A stretch of 64,000 nucleotides of DNA from Camelus ferus (lineage: Eukaryota). The DNA lies in contig NC_045697.1 of NCBI RefSeq assembly GCF_009834535.1, positions 28,088,001 through 28,152,000 of the forward strand, given 5' to 3'. Positions within the stretch are counted from its first letter, which is position 1, and each line of letters opens with the position of its first letter. This document shows positions 26,341-38,250 of the stretch, piece by piece. The notes below the pieces were generated by a model that saw only the letters and a list, made by a program, of their open reading frames with translations, ran no database searches and was not told where the DNA came from. The position numbers were made by a program, and so were the translations under genes.

Positions 26341-28637
26341 TAATACTACTATGAATATTCATGAACGTGTCTCCTGGTACACAAATACAGAAGTTTCTCT
26401 AGCATACACACTGAATGAAATTGCTGGGTATTCAATATGCACATCGTTGATTTTACTAGAAAATGCCAAATCATTATACGAAGCAGTTGTACCAATTTAT
26501 ACACCCACCTGCAGTGTACAAAGGTTCCCATTGACACATATGTTCGCCAATGCTTTTCAAGTTTGACAATTCGGTGAATGTTAAATAGAATCTCATCATG
26601 GTTTAAAAATGCATTCTCCTAGTTTTCCCTACTTTTTCTATTTTTTCATTTTTCTGTTAGATGGTTTTGTTTTTCTTATTAATGTTCAGGATTTCTTTAA
26701 ATTTTCTATTTGAAATTGTAAGAACTTTACATTTTTTATTAAGCTATCTTCTCACAGTTTGTACCTTGCCTATTCATTTTCTTTATGATCTTTCAGTTAA
26801 AGGAAGCTCTTAATTTGAATGTATTGAATGTATCCATCGTTTTCTTTACAATTTGTCTTAAGAAACCTTTCTCCTTTAAATTCAAAAAGACCCTCACCCA
26901 CATTTTCTTCTAAAAGTTTAAAAAAAATTGCCTTTTACATTTAAGTTCTTAATCTATCTGGAATTATGTACAGCATGATGCAGAAAGCCAAATTAACTTT
27001 TCCCACATGTACTAATCAATTGTACTAGCAATTATTAAGTAGTTTATCTTTTCCTCACTATATATAATGACACCTTTGTCATATATCAAGTATCCATGTA
27101 TATAAGACTGTGTTCTGGGTTCTCAATGTTGTTCCATCAGTTCATTTTTCTATCATGACAAAGATATCTTACTGACCTAATTACTTTTGCTGTGTTAAGC
27201 TTTTATGTATGATAGGAAAAATCCCCTCACCTGGTTCATTTTCTTTAGGAGTGTCAGAGCTATTCTTGGCTAAGAATAAATTTCCAAAAATTTTAGAATC
27301 ATCTTATTAAGTTTGGTGACGAACCCAGTTGTGGTTCTCACCTGAAGCTCTAAAACAACTGGAGAAGAAAGATGATACTGAGTTTCTCCTTTCAGTCCTT
27401 TCTCCCTTTCTAGCTCTCTGTTTATATAGGTCTTCTTTGATATCTTTTAACAAAGTTTCCAAACTTTCACCATTATGGTCCCATACAACTTCTGTTAGAT
27501 TTCCTCCTAGGTACCTTATTTTTTGTTGCTATTGCCAGTACTATCTTTTAAGAAGTATGTTTTCTATTTGTTAGAGGTATATGGAAATACAATTGACTCT
27601 TGAATATCAATTTTATTTTTTACCACTCTGTAATCATCCTTATTAATTTTAATTTTTTCCCTGTAATTCTTTTGAGCTTTCTATGCAGATATACATATTG
27701 ACCATAAATAATGATACCTTTTTTCTTGCTTTTCTTTTCAGTCCTTATACCTTTCACTTCTTTTGCTTGTCTTTTTGCACTGACTAGGATTCCAGTTCAT
27801 GAAGAATAAAAGTGCTGAGAGTGGGCATCCTTGCTTGCTTCTGATCTTAAGAAGAAATACGATTTTATCACTGAGAGTGATATTTTGTATCACTGTTTTT
27901 AGATACCGTGTTTCGATTTAAGGAAGTTCTCTTCTATTGCTAGTTTGCTAAGAGTTTTTAATTATAAGGATGGTTGAATATAACTGAATGCTCTTTCAAC
28001 AACTATTGAGATGATTATATGGTCTTTCTTCTTGAATCAGTTAATACAGTGAATTACATCAATAGATTGTCTAACGCTACCTCAATCTTGCACTCCAGGA
28101 ATAAATTTCATTTTGATCATTTTTAATACATTGCTGCAACCAGATTCTTAATGTTTTGTTTAAAAGGCTTTTTATTTATGTTTATAAATGATAGATTGGC
28201 TTGTAAATTTTTCCTTTTTTGGACTGTCTTTTTTGGGTTTGGATACTAAGATATACTAGCCTTAAAAAAATAAAATGGAAAAGATTCCCCTCTTCCTATT
28301 TTCTGAAAAGGTTTATTATAAAATCACATTTATCTGTTCAATACATTTCTTGAAAATTTGGCACAATTTATATGTAATATCATCTGAACTTAGCGTTTTT
28401 GCAGGGAAAATCAAATCATTGGCTCAGTTTCTTTTATTGCTGTTCGATTCTTGAGTTTTCCATTTCTTCCTAAGTAAGTTTTGGTAAGATACATTTTTCT
28501 ACAAGTGTGTCCTTATGTTTCAAATTTATTGATTTAAATAATAAGCATAATCATCTCCTTACATTTTTAATTTCTATGTCCCTTTTTCATTCCTTATGTT
28601 AGTTACTTGTGCCTTCTCATTTCTTGATTATTCAGTT

Positions 28638-29138
28638 TTAGTAGGAAGAATAATGACCTCCCAAAGATGTCCACATGCTAATTCCCAGAACCTGTCAATA
28701 TGATACATTACATAACATACATTACATGATACATTACATGACAAAGAGAAACTAAGGCAAAAGATAGAATTAAAATTGCTGATAAACTGTTCTTAAAATA
28801 GGGAAATTATTCTGGATTATCTGGGTGGGCATAATGCAATAATAACTGTGCCAGAGTGGTAAGATGCAAGAAACACTTGACAAGCTATTGCTCGCTTCAA
28901 AGATGGAAGGAAGCAGCAAGTCAAGGAAAGCAGGCTGCTTCCAGGAGCTGGAAAAGACAAGAAAATGGATTCTTTCCCAGAACCTCTGAAAAGAATGCAG
29001 CCCTACTAACACCCTGCCTTTGGCCCAGTGAGAGCTCTGTTGGACTTCTACCTACAGAACTATAAGATAACGTATTTGTATTGTTTTAAGCTACTAAGTT
29101 TGTGGTCATTTGTGCAGCAGCCATTAGAAACTAACACA
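28638..29138 (+). mobile_element. MaLR LTR (MLT1D-like)
   Basis: aataatgacctcccaaagatgtccacatgctaattcccagaacctg...ttttaagctactaagtttgtggtcatttgtgcagcagccattagaaactaacaca. Confidence 0.82.
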
Positions 29139-30936
29139 TCAATCACTCCAGAGGTGGGTCCATTTAATTAGTCTTTCCAAAGAACCAACTTCTGACTTCA
29201 TTGATCCTTTCTATTCTATCTTTTAATTCCATTGACTTTTGCTTCTGTCTTTATTATTCCCTGGCTTCTACTTCCCTTGGGTTTATCTCACTGTTCTTTT
29301 GATATCTTATATATAAGTATTTAAACTTTCTTCTAAATACCTACCATTTTTATATCCCACAAGCTTTAATAGATACTATTTGTATTATCATTCCATTATT
29401 ACCACATTCTAATTTTCATTTTGATTTCTTCTCATTCATGGGTTGCTTAGAAGTCAACTTTTTACATTTCCAAATACATTGTTTGTTTTTAGTTTTCTTT
29501 TTATTACTAGAGTCTAGCTTAATTGTATTTAGTCAGATATGTATATCAAAGATTGTTTGAAATTTATTGTGGTTTATTTACTTTCATGACCTAGGATATG
29601 GTGAATTTTTATAAGTTCCATAAGTGCCTGAAAACAATATGTATTTCCAGATATTAAAGCAAAGACTGTAACAAGAGACAAAGAATGACATTACATAATG
29701 ATAATGGAATCAATCCAAGAAGATAGAAAAATTGTAAATATATATGCAGCCAACATACATAAAGCATGTATTAACAAATATAAAGACAGAAATTGACAGT
29801 AATGCAGTAACAGGGAATTTAACACCCCACTTGCATCAATGGACAAATCATCCAGACAGAAAATCAATAAGGAAACACTGGCCTTAAACGATAGATTAGA
29901 CCGGATAGACTTAATAGATATATGTAAAACATTCCATCCCAAAGCAGCAGAATGCAGATTCTTTCCAAATGCACATGAAATGTTCTCCATGATAGACCTC
30001 ATGCTAGCCCACAAAATAAGTCCCAGTAAATTTAAGAAGATTGAAATCATATCAAGTATCTTTTCTGACCACAATGTTATGAGACTAGAAATCAACTACA
30101 AGGAAAAAGTTATGAAAAAACACAAACAGATGGAGGCTAAACAATATGCTACTAAGCAACCAGTGGGTCACTGCAGAAATCAAAGAGGGAATTTTTTTAA
30201 ATACCTGAGGACAAATGCAAATGGAAACAGAATGACCCAAAATATATGAGATACGACAAAGGCAATTCTAAGAGGGAAGTTTATAGTGATACAGGCTTGA
30301 CTCAAGAAACAAGAAAAATCTCAAGTAAACAATCTTACACTTAAAGGAACCACAAGAAGAAGAATGAACAAACCCCAGAGTTAGTAGAAGAAAAAAATCA
30401 TAAAGATCAGAGCAGAAATAATGAAATAAAGACTAAAAAAAATTAGAAAAGATCAATTAAACTAAGAGCTGATTCTTGGAAAACATAAACAAATTGATAA
30501 GTCTCTAGCCAGATATTCAAGAAAAAGAGAGAGAGGGCCCAAATTAATAAAATCTGAAACAAAATAGAAGTTACGACTAACATCACAGAAATACAAAGGA
30601 TCATAAGAGATTGCTAGGAACAGTAAAATACCAATAAAAAGCAATCTAGAAGAAATGGATAAATTCTTAGAAATGTACAACTTCCCAAGACTAAATCAAG
30701 AGGAAATAGAAAACATGAACAGACAAATTCATAGTAATGAAATTGAATCAGTAATTTAAAAACGCCAAACAAACAAAAGTCCAGGACCAGAGAGCTTCAC
30801 GGGTAAAGTCTACCAAACATTTAAAGAAAAATTAACAGCTATCCTATTCAAACTGTTCCAAAAAACTGAAGAGGAAGGAATGTTTCCAAACTCATTCTAC
30901 AAGGCCAGCATCACCCTGATACTAAAACCAAAGATA

Positions 30937-30937
<1 letters not shown>

Positions 30938-30975
<38 letters not shown>
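30938..30975. repeat. (CA)19 microsatellite inside the L1
   Basis: Directly visible perfect repeat. Confidence 0.95.
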
Positions 30976-30977
<2 letters not shown>

Positions 30978-32236
30978 TATAGGCCAATATCACTGAAAAT
31001 CTTAGCAAACTGAATTCAACAAATATTAAAAAGGTCACACTCCATGATGAAGTGGGATTAACCCAGGGATGCAGGGATGACACTGTCCACAGAACTGGAA
31101 CAAATAATTGTAAAATTTACACGGAAACACAAAGACCCCAGATAGTAAAAAAATCTTGGGGTGGGGGGAAGAACAAAGCTGGAGCTATCACATATCCTGG
31201 TTTCAAATTATACAACAAAGCTACAGTAATCAAAACAGCATGTTACTGGCGCAAAAACAGGCACACAGATCAAAGGAAAAAAATAGAGAGCCCAGAAATA
31301 AACCCACACTTAAATGGTCAATTAATCCATGATGGAGGCAAGAATATACAATGGGGAAAAGACTGCCTTTTCAATAAATGATGTTGGGAAAACTGGAATG
31401 ATACATGCAAAAGAATCAAACTGGACTACTTCTCACAGCACATACAAAAATAAACTCAAAATGGATTAAAGAATTTAAATGTAAGACCTAAAACCATAAA
31501 TCTTCCAGAAGAAAACATAGGCATTATGCTTTTTGACATTGGTCTTAGTAAGATTTTTTGGATCTGTCTGCTCAGGCAAGGGAAACAAAAGCAAAAATAA
31601 ACAAATGGGACTATATCAAACTAAAAAGCTTTTGCATAGTGAAGAAAACTACCAGCAAAACAAAAAGGCCACCTACTGAGTGGGAGAAGATACTTGCAAA
31701 TGATACATCTGATAAGGGGTTAACATCCAAAATATACAAAGAATTCATACAATTCAACATCAAGAAACCAAACAAACCAATCAAAAAGTGGGTCAAGGAT
31801 CTGAATAGACTTTCCAAATAAGATATATAGATGGCCAACAGACACATGAAAAGATTCTCAACATCACTAATCGCCAGGTAAATATAAATCAAAGCCACGA
31901 TAAGATGCCACCTCACATCTGTCCAAACTGCTATTATCAAAAAGACAACAAATAAGCATTGGTGAGGAGGTGGAGAAAAAGGAACCCTCATGCACTATTG
32001 GTGGGACTGTAAATTGGGGCAGCCACTATGGAAAACAGTATGAAGTTTACTCAAAGAAATAAAAACTACCATTGATCCAGAAATTCCACTTCTGGGTATT
32101 TTTCCAAAGAAAACAAAAACACTAATTCAAAAAGATATGTGTACCCCTATGTTCGTTGCAGCAGTATTTACAATAGCCAGGATATGGAAGCAACCTAAGT
32201 ATCCAAGGTGAATAGACAAAGAAGATGTGGCATACA

Positions 32237-32472
32237 TAGGTGACCCTTGAACTACACGGGTTTGAACTGCGTGGGTTCACTTCTCCATGGATTTTTTTTT
32301 CAATAGTAAACACAATAGTATTCCACAATCCACAGTCAGTTGAATCTGCAGATGCAGGACCATGGATGTGGGGGAACTGCATATTCAGAGGGTCGACTAT
32401 AAGTTATAGACAAATTTTTCACTTCCAGGACAGTCAGCATCCCTAACAACTGTGTTGTTCAAGGGCCAATTG
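32237..32472. mobile_element. Tigger2-like non-autonomous DNA transposon nested in the L1
   Basis: Terminal inverted repeats taggtgacccttgaac ... gttcaagggccaattg, followed by TA. L1 sequence resumes on both sides. Confidence 0.8.
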
Positions 32473-35400
32473 TATATTCACTGGAATATTGGGCAGCCTA
32501 GAAAATGATGAAATCTTGCCATCTGTGACAACACAGATGCACCTAGATTGTATTATGCTAAGTGAAATTAGACAAAGAAAGGCAAATACTGTATGATTTT
32601 ACTTACATGTAGAATCTAGAAAACAAAATAAACATAACAAAACAGACTCACAGATACAGAGAACAAACTGGTGGTTGTCAGAGGAGAGTAGGGTGAGGGG
32701 AAGAGTGAAATAGGTGAGGGCAATTAAGAGATACAAACTTCCAGTTATAAAATAAATAAGTCTCAATTTTGTAATGTCCAGCATGGGGAATGTAATCAAT
32801 AATATTGTAATAACTTTGCATGGTGACAGACGGTAACTAGACTTACTGTGGTGATCATCTTGTAATATATAAAAATATCAAATCATTCTGTTGTACACCT
32901 GAAACTAATACAATATTATAAGTCAATTATACTTCTATTTAAAATTTTTAATTAAAAAATTCTGAAGTCTATAACCACATATACTGCATAAAGATATTAA
33001 GAAAAAAATTAAAGCCATAATAAATTTATTTTTCACAGGAATTAAAATATATATATTAGCTGCCAGGATAGGAGTTTATGGCTTAGCTGCCAAATTTACG
33101 AAGACATTAGTTAAAATAGTTGCTACCCTTTGGTCACAGGTCTGCCTCTTTAGCAGTTGTCATAGACTCAAAAGAGTATCGAATTCAATAGCAAAAACTC
33201 AATTATATTTCCATTTGGGTCCAACAGTTGAAGCTTCCCTAGTAATATTGAGTGGGAAAGCATGAAAAAGGTCATGTTGTGTATAAATGATACATCCATG
33301 GTGTTAACCATTTTAGGACCGGAGGAGTCTAGACAGGATATAGATTTATTCATAGATCATGTGGGGAAGACCATTTAAAATATTTCCTTGGAGGAAGGGG
33401 CAAGGTTTGGGGTCACTTTAAATTTACAGTAGTAGTCTATGAAAGGCAGATTTGGGACATAAGAAAGAGATTGCTGATTTTACTTGTCAAAACAAGAAAA
33501 GTAAATGCACATAATGAAATTCTCCATTGGGGAAAAAGTAAGAAGAATAACTCAGAGTAGAGAGTTGCATATCTTTTAGGTATAAGATTCTGTGAAATAA
33601 ATTTCAGAGGCTGCACAACTTCAAAGTTCTAGGTTTATGATGAAATTTTATGTTTCAACAATGTAAGATGAGGAAAAAATTGCCTTGCCTACCTAAATCA
33701 AAAGATGATTGTCAGGCTCTGATGAGAAATGCTTCCTTCCAGAAAGCATTTTCTTTTTTTATTTCTTTTACAGTACTTTTAATTTCCTTTACAATATGAC
33801 TCAGAATTTTTATTTAATCAACAAATACTCGTTGAGGGCCTTCTAATGTGGCAGGTATTGTCCTAAGTGCTTGATATATGAACAAATAGACAAAAACCTC
33901 ATTTTCATTGAGTTTGCATTCTGTTTGGAGAAATCAGGCAACAACAACAACAACAAAACACTAAATAAGTAAATAATATAGGTGATAAGTGCTAAGGAGA
34001 AAAGGAACAGAGCAGTATAAGGGGAAGATACAGCACTATAGTAATGCTTTAGAGAAAGCCGTTTTTTCTATAAAACCACAAAGGATATACAGAGAGAGCA
34101 TTTATCCACCAGTGCAAATGAATGAGACGGGTAATTCGAAAGCATCCCAAGCAAGGGTTGCTGGCATTGTAACCTAACCCAGGAGACAACAAGGCCATTT
34201 CCACCAAAGCAGTGAAAAACATTATTTTCAGCAGTATTTTTTTTTTTTTTGGCAGTATATATTGTCTGAAATATATATGTAAAAATACTGTGTCCATCAA
34301 TAGGCATTTTAAAACTATAATGATTCAGGAAACTCAGTAAGAAATAAAATCTTTCAGCAAAGCCAATTTATCCATCTAGATTTGTTCCTTCTTTCCAAAG
34401 ATTTTCCAAATAGTCTCCCTTGAGAATGATGCTTCACCATCAATGAGTTGAAATATTTAATGAGTTGAAATGAGTTATTATATGTAAAAAAAAAAAAACT
34501 TGGTATGTAGTAACTATATATGTATGTACAAGTATTTATTAAATTAAAAAAATTTTAATGATCATGACTATATCCCAAACCTGATTGGGGATTACTGACT
34601 GAATTATTAATGAGCCAGCCAATAAGAAAATAAAGTGCCCGGTTTTTGAGAACTAGGTAACAATTTCACAAATTAATTGCAGTTACCTTGATAACACTGT
34701 TCTTTATGATATAGACATAAGTAATATGTACATATCCTTATATGTTTCAGGGTTTATCCTATAGTTTGTGAATATTTAAAGTTCCTGTTATCCTTTGTTT
34801 TCTTCAGTTTCACTGCTTACTATAGTACCATTTCCATCAGAAAGTGTGAGTTGTGGGAGGAGGGGGCAATGAAAGCTGGTAAACATCTTTTGTCAGTTTG
34901 GCTCTTAAGAGAGGAAGTCAAAACAGCTAGGTAAAATTAGGTTTGAGGTGTTTTCACCTGTGCTATTCCTGGCCCTTGTCACCACAATCAGGAACACACA
35001 CCCATAAGTCACTAAAATTTCTGGTTTCAAGAATTTCTGAGATATCAAAATAAGTATATTTTATTTGAAAATCAATAACAATTGCTTCTTTTAGAAAGTG
35101 TTCCTGCAAGCAGCTAAGGAGAAATATTAGGCGATCATTAGAACTCTGATACTTACTTCTCTATGCAAACAAAAATGGAAGAAACATCACCCCCCAGACA
35201 GGACTGGAAGCCACATTTATTTTCCCTTTGCACCTCTTTACATCGCTATTTTAGTAATTTCCATGTTGTATTTAATTATTTACCAGTCAGTCCTCCGCTT
35301 GACTGAAAGCTTTTTGAAGGTAGAATTGCCTTTCATTTTTGTAGCCTTGTGTTCCTAGTATCCGTAAGACACTATTCATGAGTGAAAGAATAAATAAATA

Positions 35401-37062
35401 AAAGACCCTGAAATTTAGATGAGTTAATCAGATCTCTCTTACGTACTGTAAGTCCACCAAAAGCAGGTTGGTAAAGTCACTTGTTTGGGACAACCCAGCT
35501 CCCTTAATTTCAAGAAACTCTGAATAAAAACATACCCATCCCCTTTTACATCTCTATTATCTAATTCAATCTGAGAGTATCAAACCATTATATTCACCAC
35601 TGTATCTTAGTGTAAGCTGCCTTTCCAGTAAACTGAAAGCTAGAATAGGCTATCTTGCCAGCACATACCAATGCAAACTCATTAAAAGCTCCAAACACCA
35701 TTGGAGAAGTTCCCTTTGGTAAAGTTAGGTAAATAACTTATCCTATGTGATTATAATAATTGAATATTCTGAGTAAGATTATTCAGAGACTCAAATATAT
35801 TCTTGATGAAAAATGATCAAACACAGTGTTCTATTTTTAACTTAGGCCTTCAGAGGGTTTATTATTTCAAAATCAAATCTATTAAACCTTGTGAATACAT
35901 TATTCCTCATTAAGATTCCTTTTGAATTCATATGACATGTTAAAGGCAGTGTATCAGTAAATAATTTATAAGTAAAAATCATTTTATAATATTTATCCTG
36001 GAAATTAAAGTGAATAGAACATAAAAAAAGAATGAAAAGAAGATGCAAATAACTGATAGGGAGGGTAAGACTACACAGGCGATTCTCAAGGTTAATTTTA
36101 GCACTCCTGGAACACTCTTATCATCTAAATAATCTTACGAGATATTTTATGAAGTACACTAGTTAACAAGTCAAATCATTTCATAAGGCAACTATTATTG
36201 TGATTAAAAAATACTTTAAAAAGGCAAAACAATTATGTTTCCTTTGTTTAATCAATATAGAACTGTATAAAATAAGGTTATATGAACTTGCTCTTGGTAA
36301 TCCATAAACCATTATAAAATATAAAGCATTATTATTACACTATTGCATGTGTAAAACATTTTGCCTAATAATCAACTTTTCATTTGTGGTGGCTCTGTGC
36401 AAAATTCCTGCTACCACAAAATAACATTAGGACAAGATGGTGGTTTTCAAGCAGTTTTGTCTGTTGGCAACAAGGATAGTTCCTTTGAAACAAAATTCTC
36501 AAATAAATCCATCACTTCAGAAAGAGTTGGAGGAAATATCTACATTGCTTTTGGACCAGGAAAAGAGAAATGGCTATTTTAAGTTTGAGGAGGCAGTAAA
36601 AATAGTATTGGAAGCTAACGTAATTAGTTAGAAAACTAAACAAACAAATATGGTTGATTATCCTTGAGCTATCTGCCCCCACAACAGAAAAACTTTTAAC
36701 ATACTCTTAGTCACTGATCCTCATAAAACATTAGCCAATGGTTAGCAAGTAGATCATTAAATCTTTTTAGGCTGATTATCTGGTTTTTATTAGATCCAAT
36801 CCATTTTTTTGAAGGTGCTAGATAAAACTAATTGACCTACCTTAGACAACTATTAAATGAGCTTACTCTCAGCCCACAACAGCTTAAAAATTGAAATAGG
36901 TTATGTCCATTCCAATTCTAACTATTCTTTTTATAGTTTCACTCAGTGAAATCAAGAATTAAAAATATATGCTATGATTGCTTAATCTAAGCAACATAAT
37001 CCCAGAAAACAGAGAAATTTGAAAAATTCAATTATTCACAAAATTGCACATTCAGTGTTTAT

Positions 37063-37224
37063 TTAGCAAAAATATTTTATCTGCTACTTCACATCATATA
37101 TATGCAATATTAAGTAATCGTTGCAATACGTAACCAAATGTAATTAGCAAAAATGTTTTATGTGGCCACTTCGTATTATATATACGCAGCAATAAATAAT
37201 CATTGCAAAGGTCATCAAATATAA
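37063..37224. repeat. Diverged 81-bp tandem duplication
   Basis: Two copies, starting ttagcaaaaat at 37063 and 37144, align along their length. Confidence 0.8.
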
Positions 37225-38016
37225 GCTTTTCTCTGATTTTAATCAAATTTATATGATAACTTTTTAAAAAATAGAATACAGCATTTTCTTTTTACTATTT
37301 CTTCTTATTAAATGCTAGGAAGCACAATTACCATTCAAACAATCACACTAATATATTTTCAAAGTTTTTACTGACATATAAAAAAAGTTTAAATTTACAT
37401 CTATTTCTTTTCCTACCCTAGGTTTCAACAATCATATCACGATTTTCTGAAATATCCAGAGTTCATTTTGTTCCATCTTTCTCTAGTTACAAATATACCT
37501 CTGCTTAAACTTATACCCATCTTATTTTAGCTGTATTTGAGAAAAAAATCTTAATACTATTTTTTCCCCAAAAAGTGACAGTAAGTTATTTGTGTAAAAT
37601 AGTTGTGATGGAGGGAATTCAAGCATTTTTAACATGGTAAATGTTACTTTCTTTATAAAATAATTCCAGGATGTAAACTATACTTAAAACCGTTTTGAAA
37701 GAAACTTTCAAAGAGCAAAATCATATTATGAGGTTTTTGTAAACTCGGTGTTTGAAAGCTAGACTACAGATTTTAAACATTTCTTTTCATTTTTTCATTT
37801 CATTATTATATGCTACAATACTTAAGTACTGTGAGTAAGATTGCTATACTATGTAACAGTCGACTAAAATTGCAATCTCATTTTATTAGCTTTTCAGACA
37901 TAGAAGTTCAGCCTATGCAGCATGTATCCAAAACAAATAGGCCTTTCCTGTAACCATTAGCTGACATAATTTTCAAAAACTCAAAAAGGAAAAGTAGTTT
38001 GTAATTAAATACTCAC

Positions 38017-38104
38017 CTTTTGGTGTCTTGAAATATTCCGGCAAAGTTAAAATGAACATGATCACTATTGCCAAAAGTAATTTAAGGAGGGCTGTTTTTG
38101 TCAT
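38017..38104 (-). CDS. TMEM156: TMEM156 coding exon 1 (88 nt): MTKTALLKLLLAIVIMFILTLPEYFKTPK, hydrophobic N-terminal signal/anchor
   Basis: ATG at 38104-38102 and donor AAG|GTGAGT at 38017/38016. The translation closely matches the human TMEM156 N-terminus as recalled (MTKTALLKLFVAIVITFILILPEYFKTPK). Confidence 0.96.
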
Positions 38105-38250
38105 TTTCTATTCACATGATACACGTGTTCCCATCAAGTACACTGATGGCATGTTTCTTCCTGGTTTAAGTTTCATCTCTGCGGTACTTTAAGTTTATGC
38201 AGTTTACCTCATACTCACTTCCTCTTGGGTAAGACTTTATAAAAAGTAAG
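38105..38250 (-). promoter_or_regulatory. TMEM156: TMEM156 proximal promoter and 5' UTR: TATA-like box and PU.1/ETS site
   Basis: Minus-strand TATAAAG at 38241-38235 and AAGAGGAAGTG at 38226-38216, about 110-135 nt upstream of the ATG. No CpG island. Confidence 0.6.

Larger units (their letters stand above)
25250..29650 (-). mobile_element. Old antisense L1M remnant hosting nested insertions
   Basis: T-rich degraded L1 motifs (gagagtgggcatccttg; ttaaggaagttctcttctattgctagtttgctaagag; ttccaaagaaccaactt). Confidence 0.7.
29655..32960 (+). mobile_element. 5'-truncated, internally deleted L1 (ORF2 pseudogene plus 3' UTR)
   Basis: Track ORFs 29839..30249 (endonuclease C-terminal part, ...IFSDHN...), 31052..31381 and 31558..31821 (...KINKWDYIKLKSFC...) are L1 ORF2 remnants with stops and frameshifts. 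Confidence 0.93.

Noticed and set aside
29691..31991. ORFs resembling endonuclease/reverse transcriptase, as a possible novel RT system
   Set aside because: Ordinary decayed L1 ORF2 with stops, frameshifts and a deleted RT core.
16634..37224. Short repeats as a CRISPR-like array
   Set aside because: Mammalian intron context. The repeats are tandem and degenerate, with no unique spacers and no cas genes.
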